The translations under genes were made by a program, and so were the position numbers. Below, piece by piece: positions 43,001 through 54,490 of a stretch of DNA of 64,000 bases (within the stretch, counting starts at the first letter, position 1; every line of letters begins with the position of its first letter). Origin of the DNA: Fimbriosthenelais zetlandica (taxonomy: Eukaryota); assembly GCA_977030845.1 (NCBI GenBank), contig OZ365112.1:21638001-21702000 (forward strand), in the 5' to 3' direction. Under the pieces are notes generated by a model, which made no database searches, had not been told where the DNA came from, and saw nothing but the letters and a program-made list of their open reading frames with translations.

Positions 43001-44969
43001 ATCAGCTTGGGTGTTCTCTAAATCATCGCACACTTTTTCTTGTTATCATGTATTTTCATACTCTCCCTCTATGTTGAATGTTTATCTAAGTTCTTCTCAC
43101 ATTCACAACCCCGACGGCGGTCCGACATATTGATGCTTCCCCCACCTGACGGGCGAAGTCTGAATTAGAATTCTCAATTGCAGCAATCCGAATTGAGGCA
43201 GCTTGAGGTTCCCCTTCCTCGCCACCCTTCCAAATTTTAAGTTTCTATTTTCCCTTTTGAAATGAACTTGACCCTTAAGTACCCGCTTAAGTGTATCTGG
43301 CATTTGGTTGGGGTTGTTCTTATCGGTCTGGTTTTTCCAAATGCCCTGTTTGTAGGTGAACAGTCACTTCCGGAAGGAGGAATGTGATCATCGTTTGCCT
43401 CCGCATGGAGTGTGGTGAAGGGAGCTTGTCAGAGCCTCTGACATCTGTGTCTGTACAGTATTCTTGCCATCTCTCGTCTCACTACCATTCTCATTCCAAA
43501 TAGATGTTATTTCCACTTGAGGACATCATCATCTTGCACTGTTGGAAATATGTGCTCCTTGGCAGTTTCCGATTCCCCGGGACATATCCTCGGAAACATA
43601 CATTGTTACTGGAAATGGCATGCCCCAGTTCTGCACCATTTCTATACTCCCTCCATTTTTTTCTGAACAGAAACTTGATGTGGCAGTTGGACACCTCCGC
43701 AGCCGTTTCCTTCTATAAGACTACATATTCGTTTCTGAGAACGTTGAGATTGCCATCTAATTTAAGAGAACCATTATGGAGGTGACTCTCTTGTTCAGTT
43801 CTGCTATTTGGCAGATGAGTTTTTTAGCCTGCGTGTTGCCATGGATGTGTAGCTTTCTGGTATCTTGTGATGGTGGTGGGTGATATGTTTGCTATGGCTG
43901 AGACAAGGCTTCTCAATCCTGGCAGCTCTGTCACAGGTGTCATGCAGAGGTTGATCCTTATGCCCAGACCTATTCCTCTCCGTCTTCATTGCCATCCTCC
44001 TGCAGGCAGCCATGGTCAAAAACTTTATTTATACCTCAGTCAGGAGAAATAAAAAGTGGCCATTAGGGTAGTTGGATAGCTGTGTTCAGCTTTCATTAAC
44101 ACCTTTTGGGGAGTAAGGAAGGAATGCGTTAACATTGCATTCCCAGTAGCCAACTGTCTCTTTGGTCACAGGCTTCTCGTAACGGTCATTTAAAAGCGGG
44201 AAACATTGGCTGATGAGACGCTTCCTGAGATGTAGGACGAGATGGAAAATACAGCGGGGATCTGTGTCATTCTCTCCCAAAAAAAATGCCAAACAAATGC
44301 TTTGCGGTTTTCATGCAATTCAGACTTTTAAATAAATGCATCTCAGTTAAGGCTCATCTTTTCCAGATGGTCGTTGAATATCTGTCTTAAAACGACAAAG
44401 TTTAACAATTTACATGGCAAATTAATAATCATTATGTCATCTGCTCAGTGATTCTTGTTTCCCTTAATGGTTTATCGTTGATGGACTTCACGAATTCAGT
44501 CTATAGGCAAAAATTGAGGACGGTCACAAAACGTAATTGATAGGCAGTCTATTTCCTCTGATGAGAAAAATTCATCTCTGCAAAATGCAATTTAAACAGG
44601 TCATCATTCAAGACTTATGGCAAGGCTGGATTAGAATCAAAGATGAATTCATATTTTTAAATTTGGTTTTGCTGTTGATCACTTCACTGATCTTTATCAA
44701 TCATGTGCTGGGTTGATGAATGAGTCTGATATGATAGAACAAAAAGTATCCATTTGTGCATGATTTAAATATGACTGTGTCGCCTAATTCTTATTTTTCT
44801 TATAGTTGGGTATGCCATGTTCAAAATAATCCAAGAAAACTTGTTAGCTATCCTTGACATCATTTTAGTAATATTTTTGTCATATTTAAAAATGATTAAT
44901 GATCTCCTGTCTAATGAAAACCGCCATCTTAATTCATCTCTCGTCCTCTCACACTAGCTATCTTCAAAC

Positions 44970-45412
44970 CTGGTATTGTAGACAAGCTGTACTTGCAAGA
45001 ATCACTGCAAGAATCCTAGGGCAATGATCCCTTCTGGGTTCTCAATTAGCCTACCGGTTCGTTAGAGATATCTACTAGTTAGATATTCATGACTTGCAAT
45101 TCTTGCATAGTTTCCTACCTGTGTTCTCCAATGTCTGCCAACACAGGAAGTGGGCATGGAGGTGGGGCGTTACATATACCAGCCAACTACATGGACTGGG
45201 GGCATCCTGTCAGGGGTGATTTGCAATGCAAGTGTTGCCATCCAGACATGTAGTTGCTGGTATTGTAGACAAGCTCTATTTGCAAGAATCACTGCAAGAA
45301 ACAGAAGGCAATCACCCCTGGTGGGTTCCCCATTAGTGCATCAGCTCATTAGGGATATCGACAAGATATTCATGACTCGCAATTCTTGAAAAGTTCCATA
45401 CCTGTTTCCTCC
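44970..45412. repeat. Diverged direct repeat pair (~160 bp; 44970-45130 and 45257-45412)
   Basis: Both copies begin CTGGTATTGTAGACAAGCT and share TTGCAAGAATCACTGCAAGAA and AGATATTCATGACT.GCAATTCTTG. Confidence 0.85.
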
Positions 45413-47204
45413 ATGGACTGGGTGGGAGGGGGGTCCAAATTCTGTTATTGGAGAAATCAATTTGCCATCAGATGATTGGATTTTTTGATTTTCTGGTCGC
45501 ACTTGATGCACATGCAGTTGCTGACAAAGGAAACATTTCTTTTGACTTCATGGCTTCATTTAGCATGCATGATTATCTCCTTATTTCATCTAATCAATAA
45601 TCATTTAAATAATGCATAAAATATTAGATCTCATTGGTAGCAGCTGTCCGTTTTATTTGTTGCTGGAACTCCCGGGGACTATTTTTTCTCTAAAAGAATC
45701 CCTTGGGTGTTGAGAAAATAGCCAGATATATATGATTGACAATATTGCCAATTTTCTACATGTATGCATGTATGCATATCATGTTGCATAGTCCATTATT
45801 TGTTCATAAAGCGAAGAAATTGTAAAATGACACTCTATCGGTTATAGCTGAGATTATGTGCCTTAAGGAATCTGAAACCAATATTGTCATGCCGATATTG
45901 TCAAAAAGCAATACTTGCATTTGAATTAAACACTGATATAATGATTATACTGCCCCAACCACCCAGTTCACCCCAATCACAGACAGAGGGAATATTATAT
46001 TACTGCACACAACAACTGACCTGAAGTAAAATATCCCTCCTGTAATAAAGCACAGAGATCTCATAGCTTACAACACATTCAATCACAGAGAAGACTAAAG
46101 GGAATCACGGGGATATGTATACATATTCTTGCAGCTTCAACACACATCGTGTCCTCTTTGGAAAGTTAAGGGGGGTCTCCACCTACCCTAATACAAGCGG
46201 TTTTGGACTGCATTGCCGACACCAAAAAAGTGTTCGAAATGTGTCGGCAAGTGGAAATGTAATCTTGACACGTTTCCGACACGCTCCTCCCGACACAACA
46301 CAGTCCCCGACACAGATTTGTATCAGGGTCCATAGAAAAATGTTATCCAGTCCCTATTTGAAATACATAGCATCAGATGGAAGCACCACCGTAAACACAG
46401 CATGGCTGATGTTAAGCTGATGTGAGGCGTGATGGAGCCACTATCAGAAATGTAACCGCAGATCCCCCAGTGGTGTAAAAGTGAACTATTTTATATAAGG
46501 ACATTAAATTGGATCTGCAAATTGGTGTAAATAGGGGCGTAGGTCAGTGAATGCCAAATATTATTTGGAGACCCGGGATGTGAAAAAGGAATAAGATTCA
46601 AATGCTGGTATAATTTTAACGACACTGATATTGGACGGACTTATTATAATTATCGGACATTAACTGTAACGACAAGTCCAAATGTCGTATCATATCATAA
46701 TACATAATTTAAAACATAATGAGGCGGTTCGGGAGTTAACAGGTATGCATAATGGAGGTGTGGTCATAAAAAGTTGAAAACAGTTATAATCACCTTTGAG
46801 CAGTTATAATTATAAGCAGATTGTTAAATAATGGCCAGAAAGCTAGAACCCTGGAATAAGAACCTTGGAAGAGGAGAAAAAGATATTTAGTGTGAGATGT
46901 AAAAGTTCAAAATGGATCACTTCATAGCTGACCCTGATGTGTGTATAGAACAGATGCATGTTTTTCGCCTGGGAAAAAGGGGTTTTTCAACAATTGAAAG
47001 TACAGTTTATGTGTTATGTCTTCATTCTGTAATGTCTTCATTCTGTATTATTTCATACCTATAATGCTGGTTATATTTTCCACATAACATAAAATACATT
47101 AATATCTTTATTTTCCACGGACTTGGCTGGACAATGGCTCTGTGAGATGGGCCTGTGAGTAGACCTAGAGGGCTAATCTATACTACTTATTGCAGCGTTG
47201 GCGA

Positions 47205-47224
47205 GGGGTGGAGTAGCCAATCAG
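47205..47224 (+). promoter_or_regulatory. Candidate promoter elements: GT/CACCC box plus CCAAT (NF-Y) box
   Basis: GGGGTGGAG at 47205-47213 and AGCCAATCAG at 47215-47224, about 120 bp upstream of the candidate ATG at 47341. Motif match only. Confidence 0.3.
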
Positions 47225-47340
47225 TGGGAGGCTAGCTCAGCATCACGGGCGTTCTTCAGTGATGCTGTGGGTGGGGAGAGTGTGTGTAGGTCTATGGATG
47301 TGAGGGATGCTCTCTCCTCTCTCCTTCGTGGAGGGACGTG

Positions 47341-47395
47341 ATGGCTGGCGGAGAGGCTGCCACGGGCCTGTCAACCCAGTGTCTCACTGCTGCAT
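47341..47395 (+). CDS. Candidate first coding exon of the 4.1m/PDZ membrane protein (MAGGEAATGLSTQCLTAA)
   Basis: ATG in a good context (gtgATGG) with in-frame stops upstream. It ends GCA T|gtaagt, a phase-1 donor matching the phase-1 acceptor at 48927. The join completes a ~21-aa hydrophobic helix. Confidence 0.45.
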
Positions 47396-48926
47396 GTAAG
47401 TAGAAACCGAGCCAGGCATTCTGCTTCCAATAGTGACAGGGGCATTCATTTAAATCCTACAGTAAATATAGGTACTATCAGAATGAGAATATAGGGCGAG
47501 AGTTAGGTAAATCCTCCCACCTCCTCGAGGGGTGGGGAGGTCTATCTAGGGTAAGGCAATAGGAGGGTGTGTGGGTGGGTGTGGATGTCTGTAAATAGCA
47601 TCCGCCCCTTCACGCTTTCCCAGTGGTTTAATACAAGCAATGCTTGTACTGTCAGTAGTCTGACTGCCTACCGTACTGACAGTGTTATCAGTAGCTGTAA
47701 TACATAATCTTAGAAGCATGGTAACCTACCGTGCTCTTACAAATTATGAGATTTATCCTTATCGCGTATACCTATTGGATTTTCAGTTCTGTTTCCTGGG
47801 TCGAATTCTCAATTCTCTGTACTACTCATGCCATGTTGCCCTAAATGACAGTTGCAGACTATAATGGTGCTGACCCAACTACTAGATGTTCGATAGTCTA
47901 ACCCATAATTAGTAAAACAACTTTTGATAATGAAATTCTCTAAATGCACCCCTTGCGTTATAATACGTTAATGTACTATAATAGTATAGCGCAATTCATC
48001 TCCATTCATGTCGTTGTCCATTTTTATGGCTGAACTTTACGAATTTCTCATGCACCTGCAGATTCGTATAGAACATCATGATCTGATTGATATTACTTTA
48101 ATAATTTTATATTTAAACCTTCTTGATTTATACAATGCTTTCATTATTAACATGCACTGAATGGAATTATTTTCTTTATCTATGATGCATATTGTTATCT
48201 ATAATTATATTAACAATCTGATTATTTATTCTTTAGTAGCAAGCTATGTATTAATAACAGTGCTGTACTACCTGACAAAATAGTGACTTGTAGCCAGGTA
48301 GCTATACTTGTTACATGTATATACGGCTATATATAGTAAAATTCATTCAGGCTTAATGAAGGATATACATGTCATTTAATGTGCCTAGCCCTATACCCCA
48401 CCCAGATGAGCTATGTCTGAGCATAGCAGTGCATGATGCAGCAGCTCGTATGGAAATGAATAATCAATATTTAACTGATAAACGAAGTCCTTATTTATAT
48501 TTAGTCATACATTAATCATTGCATGTAGTCGTGTTTACCTGTGGTAGATTACACAATATGTGTACATTGACGAATTGCATGTGGTTTAAACATGTTCTGT
48601 TCACGCCACCAACCGAAATAATTAGGAGTGTCTGTGATGTACACGGATACACACGTATCGCAATAATGACCACCTGATAGTATGGGAACACGTGTAAGGA
48701 TTATATAATAATATGATGTTGATATTTCCACGTATAATTATGTTTATGAATACGCCTGTAATCAACCTGTAAATGTATGCGTCGAATGAGATTGGGTACA
48801 AATATAAAATGACCTGTTCCATAATCAAATTCATAGATAGCTTTCAATTAAATTCTAATAGATATAGGCTACATTAGGCACATGCATAACCTCACATTAA
48901 TAACTATCTAAATATTATCTTTTCAG

Positions 48927-49120
48927 CATTTGGTGGAGTGGTTTGCATCCTGCTACTCACGTCTTTGTGCTTATTTCGCAAATTCTTTACAAAACAACAA
49001 GGTGAATATCACACGAATGAAGCTAAAGATGCAGAACGATATGACAATCCTGATGCAGCAGTTGCCATGGGCGACACGGGACAACCGGAAATACCACGGA
49101 AAAAGGAATATTTTATATGA
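48927..49120 (+). CDS. Terminal exon of a single-pass membrane protein with band-4.1-binding motif and class II PDZ ligand (glycophorin C / CADM / Caspr-neurexin IV type tail)
   Basis: Acceptor attatcttttcag, then xA FGGVVCILLLTSLCLF-RKFFTKQQGEYHTNEAKDAERYDNPDAAVAMGDTGQPEIPRKKEYFI*. GxYHTNEAK and the terminal KEYFI match the known tails of glycophorin C, CADM1 and Caspr-family proteins. A long AT-rich 3' UTR-like region follows. Confidence 0.88.
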
Positions 49121-51239
49121 TCTGGGTGCTACCTGAAATACAATATTATGGTAATGAGAATAAAATTAAGGGGAGTTCATCAGATTTACGATTGAAGGCA
49201 TCAGTGATGACACTTAACAGCCTTCTAGACATGTTCAGCAGGCCTACCAGAACGTCTGCCATATTGTCCATAAAACAAAAGGGTGAGGAGGAAATGCAAT
49301 TGGGAGAAAAGACTTCGAGAAACTACTGCCTGACTGCAGCGATGCATCTTATAAATTTATGGATAATTATAAATTTTAATATAATAATATTAAATTATTT
49401 CGTTTGTTGTCCGATTTGAAATGTAACTGTGCGTGAATATCTTTTGTCAATAGTTTTTCTATCAGATTATCTTGAAATGCTATGTACAGACATTTGCCAA
49501 TATTTGCCAACCTATTTTGAATATGAAACGATCAACGTTATCTAAGATTGTCCAAAATCTTCGTCAGTTGAAAAAAAACATATATATGCCTATAATTGTC
49601 TCCCTATTATTATGGTCATAGGTCTCTAACTTCCCATGATTCGGGGGAAATTCACCACAGATACCAGAATACTCAGTGCGTAATATTGATGGTGCAATGC
49701 TCAAAACACATTGTAGTGGTAATTGTTTATCATTCATATCAGAGTTTGTTAAAGCAACGATAATGGGAACAACTCATTCAACAACTTCGAAAACTTGACT
49801 CTTAATTGAGTACATGTATACATTTATTTTTCTTAAATGCCGTTATAATTGGGCCTATTATTGCGTAATACGAGGTACAATTATGAATTTCATGTTTGCA
49901 TGGATGAACTTTGTGGGAATAATTATTATTGAAACTTATTTTCCATAAGTTTTAATGCTGTTTTACGAATGATATCGATAGTTCTGAATGCCAGTGTTGC
50001 ATTTAATTATGGAAAATGTCTCATTGTCATACGAAAAAAAAAAAATATTGTAAATTCTCTAAAAAGAATATTAGGTACAGGTGTAGTTGAAATCGGAGGT
50101 CAACATCATCAGGTCAACGTGATACTAAGACTTAGATCAGTGGAGTTTGTAGATCCATTTAACGGGTGCACTTATTCATTATCCAAATATGCCTAATGTG
50201 TATACATGAAGATGGGAAGTATCTGTTTCATAACAAAAGAACCATAATTACATTAATGTATATGTAGTGTGTATGTTACATACTTTAGGATTTTGAAAAA
50301 AAAATCTGAAAAAAGGTCAAAAAGAAATTAAATGTTTTTGTAAATCAATCTTACATATAGTCCGGCCTATAGTATGCGTCCATTTGAGTCAATGCGTGGA
50401 AACTAGATATACATAGTATTTTAGTTACAGGAAGATAATATTGCCGTCCTAACGATTATTATTGTGACCCTCCAGTATGAATGTCCATGGTACGGTACCT
50501 GAAACCTTTTATACCTAGCGTAAATTCAGAAAGCATTGAGATTCTGTCGGATTCTTTGTATAATAGGTTTAAGAGTAAAAAGCTTTGTTTGAGTTTTTCC
50601 TCAACGAATACTTGTCTGAATTCAGCTTGCTATAATCATGTTATTAATTAACTGTTCTGCTATAAAACGATATAAATATTGTGATGTATTAGTATGTCTG
50701 TTTTTAACAAAGGTGTGTGTGAGTTCTGACTAATCCTTGATCTCATTCATTTAACCTACATTTAGATTTATGTCCTGTATTATTTTTAATACGATTTAAA
50801 TAGCTCAAAATAGATTTAAATAATTTATTATCTTTTTTGAATTAATGTTCTGTATAATTATGGTGTCCATTCCATTGATCAATCGTGTAAACTTGTTTGA
50901 TTTCAAAAATAGACCTAGATTTTTTGTAGGATTATTACAGCATAGGCCTATATGCCTAGGTCTAAGTCATAGAACTGTGGTCTAAGTGTAGTTAGTTAAC
51001 ACTGGTCAGTGATGCCCTAACTATGGTTTTAGGCCTAGATGGCCTACATTGCTTTTAGCTCCTGTATTTTTCATCGGGGAAAATAATGATGATTTCCTTA
51101 ATTTTGTTGAATAAAAATTATACCGTTACAGTAACTGGTATATCAAACATGACTCCTTTATGGTAGGCCTACTATATTAATTTTCTATAATCACTACGGA
51201 CTTCGGTGGCGCCCTCGCTACCTATACGGCAAAAGTGGG

Positions 51240-51403
51240 AACGGCGTTTGTAGATCTAGGAAAGCTCCTAAATCAGCCAAAATCAGTCGGTACATATAAA
51301 TGGAGAATCTATTGCATCCAAAAGAACAGAGCTACGTTGTCTGTAAGCCTGTATACAAACGGCGAGAAAAACAAGCCAATGTTGTTGTGAGCGATAATAG
51401 GGG
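51240..51403 (+). repeat. Solo arm of the MITE family seen at 55923-56316
   Basis: AACGGCGTTTGTAGATCT...ATCTATTGCATCCAAAAGAACAGAGCTACG...GTGAGCGATAATAGGGG closely matches 55923-56079. Confidence 0.85.
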
Positions 51404-51552
51404 CTCCCGCCCGTGGCCTCTTGTCTGACCACTGAAGCGTTAAAAAAGTTATTTCTGGCCAATTTTCACTCCAACTTCCCATCCTCCCATGATCCTGGCC
51501 TCACCATAAACATCGTGATTTGATACCTGAGAGCTTACAATCGGTGTGCGTG

Positions 51553-51620
51553 TGTTAGGTAGTCTAGAGGTAAGATCCGTGCCTCTGATGCGAGCGACCC
51601 GGGTTCGATTCCTCGTTTTG
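51553..51620 (+). pseudogene. tRNA-derived Pol III cassette 1 (not a canonical tRNA)
   Basis: A box TAGTCTAGAGG (51560), B box GGTTCGATTCC (51602), anticodon-loop-like CTCTGAT and T-runs after it. The acceptor stem is poorly paired. It resembles eukaryotic Glu/Asp/Gly-type tRNA sequences by eye. Confidence 0.75.
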
Positions 51621-51778
51621 CAAAACATTTTTCGTTAACAATAACATTGGAGGCTATCGGCAATTCCGGCCACATCCACTGCTCCATCTGCGACCCCGAG
51701 CCAGCTTCATGTCACAACGCTAAAATCAACACTGCAAACGGTATAAATGTATAGGTATGGAGCAACGAAAAGTGTTTT

Positions 51779-51847
51779 ACAAAACAAGGAATCGAACCCG
51801 GGTCGCTCGCATCAGAGGCACGGATCTTACCTCTAGACTAGCTACCA
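51779..51847 (-). pseudogene. tRNA-derived Pol III cassette 2 at the left TIR tip
   Basis: Reverse complement reads TAGTCTAGAGGTAAGATCCGTGCCTCTGATGCGAGCGACCCGGGTTCGATTCCTTGTTTT, essentially identical to cassette 1 over the core. Confidence 0.75.
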
Positions 51848-54131
51848 CGCTCACACAACTCGGAAGCTCTCAGGTCACTACACTACACCCACTCAAATCA
51901 CCATATTTATAATTATTTTGACCCCCGGACCCCTCACAGGCCCCTAAACTCCACCCCAAGCCCCATGTCTACCATATGCACTCCTACCAACTGCCTCCAA
52001 AAACTCCAGCTCGATCTGAGGCGGCTAATATGTCAAAATCGCTTGGAACAACTCACTGTGTAGGTACTGCCCATAGGCGTCAATGTTAAAAATTATTTAG
52101 CCCCCTGGACCCCTCCCCGGCCCCTAACCTCCACACCCACCTCCATGTCTACCCCTAGCCACCCAAACAACCCCCTCCAAAAAATCCAGCCCGATTCGAA
52201 ACGGCTAACCTGTCTAAATCACCTGAATTCAGCAAAAGTGTCCCGCCCATAGGCTCAATGTTAAAAATCACTCACGATTACAGGAATGTGTGCCACAGAG
52301 CCGGTTTGCCAGTCCTATCCAATCGGCTTTTTCCTACCTAATACATATTATTTTCACTCAAGTCCACGGTTATGTATAACGTATGAGCTCTACTGATAAA
52401 CCCCAAACGAGGAGAGCCGAAAAACGAGGACATCTCCGATTTCTGCGAAGTTGACAAATCGACCGTGTGTATACAGGCCTATAATTTGGCCTTTTAAAAA
52501 CCTTAACAGCGCCCTCTCACTAAAAGTCGAAAAAGTTGAATAACTTTGTAAATAATGGGTCAAAAATTACAATTCAAACGGATTATTCTTAGTTGGAAGC
52601 ACCTCCAGGTACCTATGTGGTTTTTGTGTAGCTGAAATTAATTTAAAATTTCGATTTTTGAAAATGGAGTGAATTTGAGGTCTTAGCATTGATCTCTATG
52701 GAGGAGCAAGCCAGCGCGACTGAAGCGACCCAAGATTTGTAGCGGCAAAAAGGTGAACTACGTTGTAGTGAACTAGCATGTCTCGCCTCCAGCCAAGGCT
52801 GAGGGCTCTCTCCACCTGGATGGAGGGACAGCGAGAGTGACAGATATATGAGGGAAAGAGATAAAAAAGGGATTGAAGCCCGGCCCCCACCCCTAAAAAT
52901 ATTCCATCCTCATTTTAAACCTCAGCCCCAAACCCTATTATTATGTTATTAGCTAAATGTTATCAGATGTTAATAAATAAACTTATTTAAAATATCTAGC
53001 CCCCACCCCACCCCCATCCTTAATTCGTATTACCAATCTGACCCACTCCCGATACCCACTATCACACTCCACAGAGCGTTGGTATCGTTGGCCGTCCCTA
53101 GCGGCGAAACGGTGAACTACATGTACTATGATTTAGCTGATGCTCTCTCCACCCCCCTTCTTGGTGCGTTGGTCCGGCGTTGGTTGATCACAGTAGCTTA
53201 GTTCTCCTTTTTGCCGCTGCAAATTTTATCTCGGGTCGCTTCAGTCGCGCTGGCTTGCTCCTCCATAGAGATCAATGCTAAGACCTCAAATTCACTCCAT
53301 TTTCAAAAATAGAAATTTTAAATTTATTTCAGCTACACAAAAACCACATAGGTACCTAGAGGTGCTTCCAACTAAGAATAATCCGTTTGAATTGTAATTT
53401 TTGACCCATTATTTACAAAGTTATTCAACTTTTTCGACTTTTAGTGAGAGGGCGCTGTTAAGGTTTTTAAAAGGCCAAATTATAGGCCTGTATACACACG
53501 GCCGATTTGTCAACTTCGCAGAAATCGAGGTTTTCCTCGTTTTTCGGCTCTCATCTTTTGGGGTTTATCAGTAGAGCTCATAAGTTATATATAACCGTGG
53601 ACTTGAGTGAAAATAACATGTATTAGGTAGGAAAAAGCCGATTGGATATAGGACCGGCAAACCGGCTCTGTGGCACACATTCCTGTAATCGTGAGTGATT
53701 TTTAACATTGAGCCTATGGGCGGGACACTTTTGCTGAATCCAACGGATTTAGACAGGTTAGAAGCATCGAATCGGGCTGGATTTTTGGGAGGGGGTTGGT
53801 TGGGGGGCTGGGGAGATACATGGGGATTGGGGTGGAGGTTGGGGGCCGGGAAGGGGTCCGGGGGGCTAAATAATTTTTAACATTGGAGCCTATGGGCAGT
53901 ACCTACACAGTGAGCTATTCCAAGAGATTTTAACAGGTTAGACGTTTAAAATCGGGCTGGGTTTTGAAGGAGGTTGGTGGGGGTGCTAGAGGTAGACATG
54001 GGGGTGGGGGTGGACGTTGGGGGGGCAGGGACAAGTCCGAATTAAGCGCTAAATAATTATAAACATGGTGATTTAAACCTGTCCCGGGCGGTTCAGGCTA
54101 AATTTGAGGTGGTGTAGTGAAATAACCTGTG

Positions 54132-54201
54132 AGCCAAGTAGTCTAGAGGTAAGTCACTGGCCTAGAACGCGAGAGATTGGGGTTCGAATCCCCTTCTTGC
54201 A
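54132..54201 (+). pseudogene. tRNA-derived Pol III cassette 3 at the right TIR tip
   Basis: A box TAGTCTAGAGG (54139) and B box GGTTCGAATCC (54181). CAAG/CTTG is a residual acceptor pairing, and TTTT follows. The loop (CTAGAAC) differs from cassettes 1 and 2. Confidence 0.7.
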
Positions 54202-54490
54202 AATCACTTTTCAGCTCCACTGTTCTGCTACACGTTCAGGCCTATATAGGCCTATATAGGCCTTAATGCGGAACCCGAAAACGTTGGACACACATTTTAC
54301 AAATCTCAACATTGATTTAAATCAAGTTTATTAATTCAAAAAGTATGTTCTGACATAGTTCGGCTGTCAACTAAGATTCTTCAAGTATAAATTTAAGAAA
54401 TAAAAAATATTCACTTTTATCTAGCCTAAGTATTTAAAAACGATCGAGGCGCGGATGATTACCATATACACCATATATTATATGGCTTTA

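Larger units (their letters stand above)
51758..54219. mobile_element. Non-autonomous foldback-type element with ~1-kb terminal inverted repeats
   Basis: 51758-52760 is the reverse complement of 53199-54219. The inner ~530 bp has few mismatches and the outer part is more diverged. The core is ~440 bp and non-coding. Each arm has two ~180-bp C-rich/G-rich subterminal tandem repeats (51912-52267; ~53695-54055). No TSD or transposase was identified. Confidence 0.88.

Noticed and set aside
43400-43440. GGTGAAGGGAGCTTGTCAGAGCC, resembling a second GEGEKLVRA AAA-ATPase scrap
   Set aside because: Needs multiple gaps over ~25 nt; likely over-fitting.
43560-43760. IVTGNGMPQF, resembling the integrase motif IVTDNGPQF
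   Set aside because: The catalytic Asp is absent and two frameshifts are needed to join the flanking similarity.
46180-46332. CCGACAC repeats with an 11-bp imperfect inverted boundary
   Set aside because: No TSD and TIRs too short to call a MITE; the 101-aa ORF over it has no coding features.
51553-54201. The three cassettes as functional tRNA genes
   Set aside because: Acceptor and anticodon stems have several mismatches, the loops differ between copies, and they are embedded in repeat ends.
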